From Trypanosoma brucei (taxonomy: Eukaryota): a DNA stretch of 64,000 nucleotides. The first letter of the stretch is position 1. Each line of letters starts with the position of its first letter. Both the position numbers and the translations under genes were made by a program. Of this stretch, positions 53,832-64,000 are shown piece after piece. The notes below the pieces were generated by a model that did no database searches, was not told the DNA's origin, and worked only from the letters and a program-made list of their open reading frames with translations. The stretch lies in assembly GCA_000002445.1 (NCBI GenBank), contig CH464491.1:2304001-2368000 (forward strand), read 5' to 3'.

Positions 53832-54199
53832 ATGTTGTATAGCTGTCCCAAGCTACCTCTTTTTTTTCTACATATCACTGTACAGTCACATGCTACTCAA
53901 CCCACGCTGTGAAGGGCGATGGGGCCGTCCTTTGTAATGTGTTAATTGTGTATTGCCAGTTTAGCACAGTGTTTGCACATGAGTTACCTTGGACCACCAT
54001 TTTCCTTCTTCAATGATCTATTCCTTTTCCACTTTTTCCCCCGCTGTCTTTTCTCCCCGCTCTCCTTCTGCATTGCCTGACACCTGAAAATAAGTGGTAT
54101 TACCCACAGGAAGTTGACAGAGGCCTGCGGACAACAGAGCGCAGCAACTTACGAAAAAAAATAATATATAACACACTAGTCGGGCGGCGCAGGAAAGCA

Positions 54200-55405
54200 A
54201 TGACAGCAACCGCAAGGAGTGACGAGGAGGAGCGGGCGGGTCTTCATGAGGAGACGGATATGCAGGCAAATGTTCCAACCATACCCACTTTCGAAGCTAT
54301 GGGGTTAAAAAAAGATCTGCTTCACGGTATGTATGGCTACGGTTACAAGAAACCTACCGCCATCCAGAAGCGCTTCGTTGCGCCGTTCCTACAGTCGCGG
54401 GATCTGGTAGCACAGGCATCGTCAGGCTCGGGAAAGACTTCAGCATTCTGTATTTGTCTTTTGCAGGCAAGTGAACCCACATTACGTGAGACACAGGGAC
54501 TTGTTCTGAGCCCCACAAGGGAGCTGGCACTACAAACTCAGGACTTGTGCAATAACATAGGCCATTACATGGGCATCTCTGCTTATGCCGCCATTGGGGG
54601 GAAAAGCATAGAAGATGATCTCCGGCGCTTAGAGAGTGGCGTGCAGATCGTGTCTGGTACCCCCGGCCGCGTGTTTGATATGATTAAGCGCCGTCATCTG
54701 CGTGTTAATCATCTCAAAACACTTGTTTTGGATGAGGCGGACGAAATGCTTGGAAAGGGGTTTAAAGCACAGATACATGATATTTACCGTATGATTCCGC
54801 CACTTCAAGTAGTACTTGTATCTGCTACCTTGCCGGTGGATGTGCTGGATATGACTGAGAAGTTCATGACAGAACCAGTGCGCATTCTTGTGAAGCGCGA
54901 CGAGATCACTGTAGATTCCATTATGCAGTACTTCGTTTCCGTGGATGAAGAAAAGAATAAATTTGATACATTATGTGATTTGTACGATACTCTGACCATT
55001 GCTCATGCCGTGATATTCTGCAATACCCGCAAGAAAGTAGAGCAACTCGCGAAGAAAATGACCAAGGAGAAATTCACCGTTAGTTTCATGCATGGAGATA
55101 TGCCCCAGGCGGAGCGGGATGAGATTATGCGAAACTTCCGCGAGGGCAAAAGTCGTGTGTTGATTTCAACGGACTTGTGGTCACGCGGTATTGATGTCGA
55201 GCAGATATCGCTGGTACTCAACTACGACTTGCCCTTCTCCCGTGAACAGTACATCCATCGTATTGGTCGCACGGGGCGAATGGGGCGGAAGGGGCTGGCA
55301 ATTAGTTTTGTGAAGCACGATGAACTGAGGCTGTTGCGTGACATTGAGCAGTTCTACGCCACACAAATTGAAGAACTACCAGCAAACGTCGGTGAACAGT
55401 TCTAA
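54200..55405 (+). CDS. ATP-dependent DEAD-box RNA helicase, eIF4A-like
   Basis: 401 aa ORF with the full motif set: Q 'TAIQKRF', I '[10 protein letters not shown]', Ia 'PTRELA', II 'VLDEADEML', III 'SAT' and VI '[13 protein letters not shown]'. Its size and architecture match eIF4A/eIF4AIII. Confidence 0.85.
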   Translation: MTATARSDEEERAGLHEETDMQANVPTIPTFEAMGLKKDLLHGMYGYGYKKPTAIQKRFVAPFLQSRDLVAQASSGSGKTSAFCICLLQASEPTLRETQGLVLSPTRELALQTQDLCNNIGHYMGISAYAAIGGKSIEDDLRRLESGVQIVSGTPGRVFDMIKRRHLRVNHLKTLVLDEADEMLGKGFKAQIHDIYRMIPPLQVVLVSATLPVDVLDMTEKFMTEPVRILVKRDEITVDSIMQYFVSVDEEKNKFDTLCDLYDTLTIAHAVIFCNTRKKVEQLAKKMTKEKFTVSFMHGDMPQAERDEIMRNFREGKSRVLISTDLWSRGIDVEQISLVLNYDLPFSREQYIHRIGRTGRMGRKGLAISFVKHDELRLLRDIEQFYATQIEELPANVGEQF

Positions 55406-56386
55406 CTGTGGGGGAAGCCAGGAAGTGGTCAAATAGCTTAGTGGAAGTGAGGTACTCGTGGATCGTGTGGTTCAGATACTGTGACATGGAGGATGGATGC
55501 ACGACTTTACATAAAAAACTTTTAGGGAGAAAGAAATCTGGGGGCGGACAAAGAACGGTGTCGCTTAAAGGAAATGAAAAAGGAAGAATACGTGATGAGG
55601 AGGAAAGGGGCGAAAAAGCAAATAAGCAACAGTAAAACAATAATGATTGTCGGAATTACAATCGTAGTTGGGGCATCCATACCCTGTGCGAAGGCAGAGA
55701 CTAAGCTCCCGCTCCCCTCTATCTCCTGTTGCCCTTCGCCCTCATTCAGGTGCAGCTCAAAGGCTACGGTGAAAGTGTAGCATGACTATGCTCCCTTGCT
55801 AAAGGGGTTCAACACTTGAGAGGAGGGGGCAAAGTAGTTTGTGCAAAGCATGTTGACAACCACGGCCGCAGTCTTCGATATGGTGATCTTTTACTTTTTT
55901 TTCCTGGGTTTCTCCAAGCGCATGCAGGTTAGCAAGAATCATTTAGGTTATGCGTGAACTGCCATTTTCCATCTCTCGATTTTTGGGCCAACAGCTGTCG
56001 ACAGCGGAGTGGTTACAGTGCAGACGCACATGCACGGAGTACTGTACAGTTTGCGATACGAAACTTTATGACGAGTGAATCAAAGAGCCATGAACAACTT
56101 TGACGAGGAGGAGCCACAACTCAAAAGAGGGGGGAGTATCTGGTGTTGCATTCCCCACAAAATCAAGCGGCGTGGTCTTACTCATTTGATACTACAGTTC
56201 AGGTGTCATGCGTTGGTGCTGATTTGCTGCGGTTGAGTCAAGGAACAGAAGAAGTGGTGAGGAGTGACATGCTCACTTTTCTTTGCCGTCGATTCGTATC
56301 TCTCACTGCAGGCTCCCACACTACGTCTCGCAGTGTACTTTCCTTCGTTCGAATCTCCTTTCACAGCATAGGAAGGTGCATATATC

Positions 56387-58108
56387 ATGGCGCTTTTATC
56401 ACTGGACGTGATTGTGCGACTTCGAAGTCGCCACGAAGAGGGAGGAGACTATGGATCACCAGTCACGCAAGAGAAGTTACGAGCGATTGAATTTGTTGTT
56501 AGAAACATGAAGTCAACGGCACCATGGCCTCCACCAGCTGCAAGCGATGGAAAGCCACTTGCCATGCCGAGCGAAGAAGCGTATGGAGCGTTAGCCCCAT
56601 CCGTGTTCTATTACGCACCCCTAGGTGGCCGTTTTTCAAAGGAGTTTCGGGAGGCGCTTCGGCGCGGAATAACTCGTCTGCTCACCGAATTAGTCTTACG
56701 ACAACTGGTTAACATGAGGCAGGAGAAAATTACTGGGGCCCGCTCCAGCGGCAATACATCCGGCATAGAATCGTTCGTCTCCTTCCGTGGGGGCTGCCAC
56801 AATAGGGAGGTGGCTTATGTGCACTGGTCACCTGGGTTGTTGAGCCTCCTTCTCTCCGCAGTGGATACAAGTGAGTTGCGTTTTGATGCGTCCCTACCAC
56901 TTGGTTCGACACTGGTTCCGTTCACTAGAGAAATGAAAGCGCCAACTGTGCAGCAGTCAACGGGCACGGAACTACTTGGTAGCCACGGTCTCCATGGGAG
57001 TATAAATTACAAGAGCGGTGGCAATGATCACGTTCACAAGTACGAGAACTTAGTCTGTCAATTGCACGCAGAAATGCAGAGAATGGAGGTCATCCAGCAG
57101 AGCTTACACGATGAGCGGACGGCGGACCGTCTTGCGGATTTTCTTTACCATTTCCATTTGAAACCAGCGGAGCAGATGCGAGAGGCTGGTGGTGATGCGC
57201 TGAAGCTGCAGCGGTATCGGGATGCGCTGGATTGCTACTGCAAGGCCCTATCCACTGTGCAAAAGGGATTGCTTGTCCCATACCGCCACGCCTTGCGACC
57301 CCCGCCATCACTGGAAGATCGCGTGGAGGGGACGATGGAGGAGGATATACTCGATGAAGCGACAGCATTTGCACTTGTAGCCAGCTCACCTTCCGCGAAA
57401 AGAGAGAGAACATTTTTGGCACCTGCAAACAGATACTTCAACACCCTTCTTCAACTTGATATCCTCGAGGCCACGGATGGGGAAGGCAAAGAGATCTGCG
57501 GCATGCGTAGTGATTCCTTGCTCTTCGGATGTCGTGCTGTCTTTCCGCGTGCGCGTCCTCTGTTCCATGTGTGGTACATGCTACACCGCCATGCAGTCGT
57601 AGCCGTTGCAAACGCGGCGCACACTCTTCTGTTATTGCAAGCAGCGCAAACCCCATCTTTCAATTCCGTGATGCCTGAGTCCGAGACATGCGTCACTGAA
57701 CTGTCATCTAAGGAACTAAGGCACAGACAGGCGCGAGCGGGGCGATGGTGTGGACGGGCACTAGGTATGCTTCAGTGTATCAATGTGTGGCTGGGTGATT
57801 GCTTTAAAAATCCAGCTGCAGAAGGCGCAGCCCCGACAAGAGAGTGGATATGGGTTCAATCAATGAGGTTCAAAATTTTACTTCGTCGGGCAAGGCTAAT
57901 GCAGCTTGTGGGGACGTTCGAGGAATGGAATCGTGCAGTTGAAGCAACGGATGAGCAACTACGCGTCCTCCAAGCCCAGTCAGATTTGTCATGCTGTGCC
58001 TCCGAAGTTCAAGGAATTTTAGACGATGTTCGTGAGCGTCTTGGGCAAGAGAGGTCTCTTCTGCAACGTAACCACGACAGAGGGAGTGGGTTGGTGTTGC
58101 GGTTATGA
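56387..58108 (+). CDS. hypothetical protein
   Basis: 573 aa ORF with a sustained coding-like composition and no motif I can name. Confidence 0.45.
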   Translation: MALLSLDVIVRLRSRHEEGGDYGSPVTQEKLRAIEFVVRNMKSTAPWPPPAASDGKPLAMPSEEAYGALAPSVFYYAPLGGRFSKEFREALRRGITRLLTELVLRQLVNMRQEKITGARSSGNTSGIESFVSFRGGCHNREVAYVHWSPGLLSLLLSAVDTSELRFDASLPLGSTLVPFTREMKAPTVQQSTGTELLGSHGLHGSINYKSGGNDHVHKYENLVCQLHAEMQRMEVIQQSLHDERTADRLADFLYHFHLKPAEQMREAGGDALKLQRYRDALDCYCKALSTVQKGLLVPYRHALRPPPSLEDRVEGTMEEDILDEATAFALVASSPSAKRERTFLAPANRYFNTLLQLDILEATDGEGKEICGMRSDSLLFGCRAVFPRARPLFHVWYMLHRHAVVAVANAAHTLLLLQAAQTPSFNSVMPESETCVTELSSKELRHRQARAGRWCGRALGMLQCINVWLGDCFKNPAAEGAAPTREWIWVQSMRFKILLRRARLMQLVGTFEEWNRAVEATDEQLRVLQAQSDLSCCASEVQGILDDVRERLGQERSLLQRNHDRGSGLVLRL

Positions 58109-58677
58109 AAAGGCAGCCCTCAGTCGCATCATCTTTGCCGTATTTGCCTTCCCTACTCCAGAGTGTGTGCCCCCTATCGTTTCTCCCAATTCGGTTTCAA
58201 TATCTTCATTTCGTTTTCGAGAGACGCGATGGCTTTCTCTCTCCCTTGATTTCGTCTTTTGCCTGCCGCCGTAACCAACTCGGATTCGGGCGGTCGAGTG
58301 GGGGTCAGACCGAAGTATAGGCAAACCAGCCTACTGAATGCAGTAACGTAAAACGAAGGTGTTCGAGTAGACGTGGTCCACCAAGCACGCGGTGGGAAAA
58401 CAACCAAGAAGGTAGAAGGGGAGGGAAAAGGGCAGTCGTGCGTCGAACGCATACAAAAGGGCCGTAGCCTGCCTTGGTATGGCACCACACACACACACAC
58501 CAGTCGTGCAGACGTGTTCCATTACAGTGCTTGAAACCAAATGTGGTTATTCACCACTTGCTCTCCACTTACTTACTAGCACTAGATTGTCACTTCTGTC
58601 ACCCCGCTTCTCTCGTGGAGGGGGACCACACAAATATTTAGCGATAATCAAATAGTCCCTCAGTTCTGCAGCAGGCA

Positions 58678-59634
58678 ATGGACCGCTTGCTTCAGTTCCA
58701 CAGCCAATCCGGAGTGGGTTTCATGAGGGGCTCACCACCGCCAGGTTCATCCGGAGGCCTGTCACGGTTAACTGCCGTGGTGCCCGTCGCTGCACCCGGT
58801 TCGGTGGAGGCGGAAACGGTGACAACTCTAGAGACGTTCTTTGAGGTGGTTGCTACGGTGACTGAGTCTATCGACCGAGTAAATGTGTTAATGTGCGAAA
58901 TGTCTAAGAAGCACGAACAAGCCATGGACACAGTGAACGTGGCAAAGTGTGACGCGATTAGAAAGGAAGTTGGCGATTTGGATGACGAAATTAACAATAC
59001 AATCCAGAAGGCGTGTAAGGGGGTCGAGGATATGGAAAACCTAACGAAGAAACTCAAAGAAACTCCGGAGATGGAGGGACGGTTTGCGGGAGTTATTCGT
59101 TTAGAGGAGAACCAACGGCGGTTCGTGCTCCAGAAACTCTCGGAGACAATGGAAGGCCTGCAAAAGCGCCAGCTGGTGGCGGAGAAAAACTACCTCTCGC
59201 AGACGGAGCGGCGGATAAAAATTGCCTACAGCAATCCAGACGGAGGCGAGATGGACGACGAAACAGCCCACCAACTGGCCATGCAGGTGATGGAAAAGGG
59301 TGCAACAACAGCCATTTTCCAGCAGAGCAAAGAAGTTCTGGCTCAAATGCTTGAAACTAGGAGCGACATCTACCGCATTGAAATGTCTATGCGGTCCCTA
59401 AACCGAGTCTTCAGCGACCTGGCAATCCTTGTAGAGGAGCAGGGAGACCTCATGAATGTGATTATCAGAAACATTGACTCGACAAACTTGTACATGGAGA
59501 AAGCCCACAGGGAGCTACAACAGGCACGTGCTTACCAAAGGGCGAGTCGAAGCAAACTGATGTGTCTTCTGATGATTGGGGTTATAATCATTGCTCTTTT
59601 TGTTGCCGCTGGTTTGCTAGGGTCGTTATTGTAA
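58678..59634 (+). CDS. syntaxin-like Qa-SNARE
   Basis: 318 aa ORF. It has a C-terminal TM anchor 'LMCLLMIGVIIIALFVAAGLLGSLL' preceded by a t-SNARE heptad motif with a central Gln ('LAILVEEQGDLMNVIIRNID'), and a helical N-terminal region (Habc-like). Confidence 0.75.
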   Translation: MDRLLQFHSQSGVGFMRGSPPPGSSGGLSRLTAVVPVAAPGSVEAETVTTLETFFEVVATVTESIDRVNVLMCEMSKKHEQAMDTVNVAKCDAIRKEVGDLDDEINNTIQKACKGVEDMENLTKKLKETPEMEGRFAGVIRLEENQRRFVLQKLSETMEGLQKRQLVAEKNYLSQTERRIKIAYSNPDGGEMDDETAHQLAMQVMEKGATTAIFQQSKEVLAQMLETRSDIYRIEMSMRSLNRVFSDLAILVEEQGDLMNVIIRNIDSTNLYMEKAHRELQQARAYQRASRSKLMCLLMIGVIIIALFVAAGLLGSLL

Positions 59635-60319
59635 AGTAGCAGCAACCCACATGTACACACGAATATGTATGCACATGTGTGCATCTTCAGCCGTTGTGCG
59701 GTGATTGATTTGATTTCGTTTTGTTTTTTGCTTTTGCTCAATCATTTGCCCTCTACAGGATGCGAACACAAAGCGAGCATCCCCCAGGTGCTCAGAGGGA
59801 CTAGTACACAGTTGACAGTCCTGAGAGTAACTGTGGTTATTTTGGCACGCAGCGGCACTTAATCTACACCGTTACTCTCCTACCGACAGCGTTGTTTCCT
59901 TCCGTCTCGTTTCCATTACATCACATGCAGGCAGCTTGATGCAAAGAAGATGATCTGCACCGCCCATGCACTGGGGACGTGAGTAAGAAAATATATCGTG
60001 GGGTATGAGTAGGTACTTTTATTCCCTGCGTGGCCTTGTTTGCTTGTGAAACGGTTGTGGTGAATAAGGATCATGCCACAACGCTGTGTTATAAACGGTG
60101 TGGTGTAGTGCTAGAGCTTACCTTGCAGTGGTGGGAAAACTGTAGAGTGATTGGGGAGTGATTTATGTGCTGTCAGGTACAATAACGCCGGTCGCGGCGT
60201 CCTTGAAGCCTGAAGCAACGCCGTTCCTGTTGTTGGTACCGGCGGAAGTCGTCACCTCTCAGTTTCTCCACTTTGGTTCTTCATAATCACATCTACGTAT
60301 GCTCAAGTGCTACTAACTC

Positions 60320-61153
60320 ATGATAAATCAAACAGGCTTCGCAAGCGCCTTAGCCTCGCGCACAGCGTTGCGGCACTCCGCGTTACGCATGCTCCCGGTT
60401 CGTCGCGATTGTTTTACCCTTTTCTCCTGCCGCCGCTGCTTCAGTTTTTCGCGGGCACGAGCACCGCGTGTGAACTTAGAGGAGGTTCGCTTCGACAAAC
60501 AATCCGCACGGTACGCCGGTACGGTATTTGGAGTGCCTACCGACGCGGTGGTTTTCTACGCGAAAGTTGGAGCCGCTGTGGTCGGGGTTTTAATAGTGTT
60601 CTGTATTTTTGTCAAAGGCTACGGTATACTTGCTCGTCTCAACCTTGGTACTGTTGCGCGGTTGGGGTTCACGTCTGGGTTTCTTTCCTGTATGGTGCTG
60701 AATGCAGTTTTCATTGGAATAGCTAGACGGTTTCGCATCAGCCCAAACGCTGTGTACAATCAGTCCATCGCCATCGTCATGCAAAATGAGAAGGTCGTTC
60801 AGCATCTCGGCCCCCATCCACGAACAGGAGATTTTAAGGCGTACTGTCAAACCGGTGGCTTCCGATTGCCGCTAATCCGGCGCATTCGTAGCGGCTCGTA
60901 TGAGCTGTCAGACCTCCTTGGATTGAAGCCACAGAAGTTGCAAATGATGTTTGTTCTTCGAAACCAAGCAAATGGCGGTGAGGGTTTTGTTACATGTGAA
61001 GTGCGGCGGGAGACAACGGGCTTTCTAAGCTCAGCGAACACGTTCAGGTCACTCGCAGTGACGTTAACGGACCCGTCGCGCTCATCAGCGCGAACGATCG
61101 TATTAATTGGAAAGCCTGAGGACGTTGTGTATCGTGGGTTAATGAACCTGTAG
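60320..61153 (+). CDS. hypothetical single-pass membrane protein with an Arg-rich N-terminal presequence (possibly mitochondrial)
   Basis: 277 aa ORF. The N-terminus 'ASALASRTALRHSALRMLPVRR' resembles a mitochondrial targeting peptide. It has one TM segment 'AAVVGVLIVFCIFV'. Confidence 0.4.
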   Translation: MINQTGFASALASRTALRHSALRMLPVRRDCFTLFSCRRCFSFSRARAPRVNLEEVRFDKQSARYAGTVFGVPTDAVVFYAKVGAAVVGVLIVFCIFVKGYGILARLNLGTVARLGFTSGFLSCMVLNAVFIGIARRFRISPNAVYNQSIAIVMQNEKVVQHLGPHPRTGDFKAYCQTGGFRLPLIRRIRSGSYELSDLLGLKPQKLQMMFVLRNQANGGEGFVTCEVRRETTGFLSSANTFRSLAVTLTDPSRSSARTIVLIGKPEDVVYRGLMNL

Positions 61154-61597
61154 AGGCGGGGAACAGTTCGTTTATGGTGCGTGTGACTGTGCACCGCATT
61201 CGTGTACGTTAAAGGCGGAAGCAATTTTACCGGAGGTGGGAACAGAATCTGCTGTCGAGATGAGATCATCGAACGGGAGAGAGCATCAAAAAAATGTTTG
61301 ACAACTTTATTTCCCAGCTTATGAGAAACACTTGTTTGATTATGAGGTGTGTAACGCTTTTGTTTCCACTTTGCCTGTATTTTCAATCCTGCTGTGCAAC
61401 ATTCGACGTGCACGACCGTAGAGGCACAGAGTAAGGGAGAAAGGATCTAGGGAGGGGAAGATAGGGCGCCCCCTCCCGTGCTTACATCGTGTGCGTTAAA
61501 ACCAGCCACCGAGGTGGCAAAGGACCGCCTAACGGCAATTATTACATGATTCGATTGTTACGGCGGTCACGTTTGGCATTGTCATCTTGAATGTAGT

Positions 61598-63124
61598 GTG
61601 TTCCATGTAGTTCCTCGTGCGCTACCGCACGGATGCAAACACACGAGTATCCGCATGGATGTGCTCTTCCCTTCATGTGTTGGCATCGCCGTGCAGCATG
61701 CACCGCATGCAGGACACTTTTTCTCTTTCACCTTTGCTTTGCCACTGATAGTTATAGACCCGTTCCCCAGTGCAGGGTCCCACTGCATGATAAAACGAAG
61801 ACAACACACAGATGTGTGCTACTACTCCCATGATCGGACAGGCATGAATAGGCTTCATCCACTGCAGCTTCTGTTGGCTTACGAGGAGACTCGCTGTCCG
61901 TACGACCTGCCGGGGGAAAAGGAAAGAAGACGCCTTGTTGGTTATCCTTCATGGACGGAGGCGGCACTCACTGCCTGGTCGCGCCAATCAGTCAAATACA
62001 GCGTGGCTGGGGAGGTAGAAAAGAGATGTGAGGGGAGCAAATCACCGGTGTTGTTGATGGATGGGGGAACGGGGCAACCGGAGCCTGTGGCCAAAGGTGC
62101 AGTGAATACACCTACGAGCGGGGAAGCTGAAAAGGCAATAAGGATTACTGAAGCGCCCCTATTGGTGAGGCTGGTGGCACGCGAAGTTGTGGCGGCATCC
62201 CGCCTTATTGACGACTCGGCGACAAGTGAGGACGCAATGGGTAGCCAAGTTGATGGTGTGTTTACTTCTCATTGCAAACCGGTACGCTCAACTGAGTCTC
62301 ATGCGCTTGAAAATCGAAGTGCCAACCCTGCACGGGAGTTGCTCAGAGTGAAACAACCGGCGACACGAGACATTGGGGTTGGCAGTGACATATGTGATCC
62401 CGGTAAAGGCCCTGCTGAGGAACGGGAAAGTTCCGGTCAAACGCGGCAAAGTGCCGTAGAGGACATCATGGTGGCACAAGGGAATCAAGTGGGTGATCTT
62501 CTTTCAAACACCGTGGAACGTCTCTACGCAAAGCTACAGGGGACCGCGCTAAAGGTCGTTGCCATTGATGACCTAAATCGACAATTAACCGAGAAGTTTG
62601 AATCCTTAAAACCGAGGGACCATGTGGAGGATAAGACTGAACTCAGCATATATCTGTATTCTCTTCGTCGTCAGGTAGAAAACCTGAAAAGGGAATGGGA
62701 TGTCCATAAAACTGCGCTGGAGGCATCGGAGCAGCGGCTACGAGGAAACAAAACGGATCCTTCAGAGCGGACGGTTCGGGTGCAAATTGTGAAAGACTAC
62801 GAAACGCCCCCGGTTCCTTACAAAAAGGGACCGTTCAGGCCGCTTGTTATACCAGCAGTCGGAAAGGAAGGGGAAAAGAAGAGCTCAGCCTCATATTCAG
62901 ATAACTCTGAGTGGACCAGTGAGTCTTCAAGCTCGGTGCCCGCCTCGTCGCGCAGTGTTGTGTCGTCTTCTTCGTACACATCGACTTCCTCTCAACCAAC
63001 GCCGACGTCTTCGTCTACAGACCACTCTTCCTCGTTTTCCACACTGAATTCGTCACCTTCTCGGCGAACGTCTTCGGTTAGCTTCTCATCGGAAGAAATC
63101 GACTCTGGAAGTACTCTTAGTTAG
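61598..63124 (+). CDS. hypothetical protein with a Ser/Thr-rich C-terminus
   Basis: 508 aa ORF. The C-terminal 80 aa are S/T-rich low complexity. The start is uncertain and may be the internal Met 'MNRLHPLQ'. Confidence 0.4.
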   Translation: MFHVVPRALPHGCKHTSIRMDVLFPSCVGIAVQHAPHAGHFFSFTFALPLIVIDPFPSAGSHCMIKRRQHTDVCYYSHDRTGMNRLHPLQLLLAYEETRCPYDLPGEKERRRLVGYPSWTEAALTAWSRQSVKYSVAGEVEKRCEGSKSPVLLMDGGTGQPEPVAKGAVNTPTSGEAEKAIRITEAPLLVRLVAREVVAASRLIDDSATSEDAMGSQVDGVFTSHCKPVRSTESHALENRSANPARELLRVKQPATRDIGVGSDICDPGKGPAEERESSGQTRQSAVEDIMVAQGNQVGDLLSNTVERLYAKLQGTALKVVAIDDLNRQLTEKFESLKPRDHVEDKTELSIYLYSLRRQVENLKREWDVHKTALEASEQRLRGNKTDPSERTVRVQIVKDYETPPVPYKKGPFRPLVIPAVGKEGEKKSSASYSDNSEWTSESSSSVPASSRSVVSSSSYTSTSSQPTPTSSSTDHSSSFSTLNSSPSRRTSSVSFSSEEIDSGSTLS

Positions 63125-64000
63125 TTGCCATGAGATTTCCCCGCGATGGAAGCAATATAGACGTATCCGGATAGAATCAAGCATAGAACACTAGAAACAC
63201 CTCAGTTTTGTAGGTGTGCCGCTATTTCCACCGTATTTTTTTTGTTGGTTGTTTGATCATTTAGTTTGGCTAGTACAAGCTGCTACACCCTGCCGCAAAG
63301 GAATGGGGTAAGTGACATGTTCTCTCCCCACAGGTAAATTAACTGTTTCTCATTTATGTCGTTCATAATTCGTCCGTTCGTTTCCCTTTGCGATTTTCTC
63401 GGTACTTAGAAACGAAAGCAACCACACAGTAACACCAGGACGAAACCTGTCATTAATAGGCAACGGAATGTGACATTCGGTGAGGAGTTGTGTGTGTGGG
63501 GGGGACGTCTCTCGTTGGAGAACACTTGGCACGGGAGCATAAAGTTTCAATGGGTGTAGTGGAACTAACTGGTGAAGCGGTTGTTGTGACCGAAGGCGCT
63601 GGGGTGGGGCGGGGTGGCGGCGCTCTGCGAGGCGAGTGGAAGAGAAAAGAAGGAACCCTACACATTTAAGTCATGGGGGGGGTGCGTTTACCAGCGGATG
63701 CACAAAACTTTCATAGGCTTAGGACGTGCGCCTGCCTGGTTCATGTCGCACTGGAGTTATGGTCGATTTGTATGTGCGTGCAATTGGCGGCGGAAACGGG
63801 CGCCTAAACATTTACATCCCCCTTTTTTTTTTTTGAACCCTCACGATTGTTGGCTACTTAGTGCCGTTTCATTGCCATTTGTTGGGGTGACTGTAACGCA
63901 ACTAATCTTAATTCACTGCATGTCTTTTTTGTCGTCAACGCATGGAACCATTGGTTTCTGTATTGTAACAAGACGGCTGCAATTGTGTAAGGGCCTGTTT

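Noticed and set aside
836-63124. Search for tRNA, rRNA or SL RNA genes and strand-switch regions
   Set aside because: I found no tRNA-like T-arm/acceptor patterns or rRNA-like segments by eye. All supported genes share one orientation, so no strand-switch region is evident. Small ncRNAs (snoRNAs) cannot be excluded without covariance-model searches.

Overview
This window reads as a trypanosomatid (Trypanosoma-like) nuclear segment. Every supportable gene is on the + strand and there are no introns. Intergenic regions are long and pyrimidine-rich, with (TA)n and (GT)n microsatellites, which fits a single polycistronic transcription unit. No tRNA or rRNA genes and no CRISPR arrays were recognised. 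The main feature is a head-to-tail tandem array of about 10 copies of a Y-family DNA polymerase kappa (DinB-like) gene, roughly 14.8-40.7 kb, with a period near 2.52 kb. Several copies are affected by a frameshift, a 1-nt deletion or scaffold gaps. The copies are nearly identical in nucleotide sequence except for discrete variable cassettes that recur in mosaic combinations, which looks like a gene-conversion patchwork. A highly diverged Y-family-like paralog sits directly downstream at 40.7-42.6 kb, and its catalytic motifs look degenerate. The paralog's 5' end together with an array tail is also duplicated next to copy 1, right before a 100-N gap. Upstream genes are a HAD/Cof-like hydrolase, two tandem amastin-like genes with perfect amastin signatures, and a CCCH zinc-finger gene followed by an unusually long ORF-free region of about 6 kb. 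Downstream genes are a GP63/leishmanolysin metalloprotease, a tandem-AAA ATPase, a TMEM256/DUF423 membrane protein, a coiled-coil protein, an eIF4A-like DEAD-box helicase, a syntaxin-like SNARE and several hypothetical proteins. All coordinates are taken from the ORF track. True starts are often at downstream ATGs because the ORFs run into pyrimidine-rich 5' leaders.
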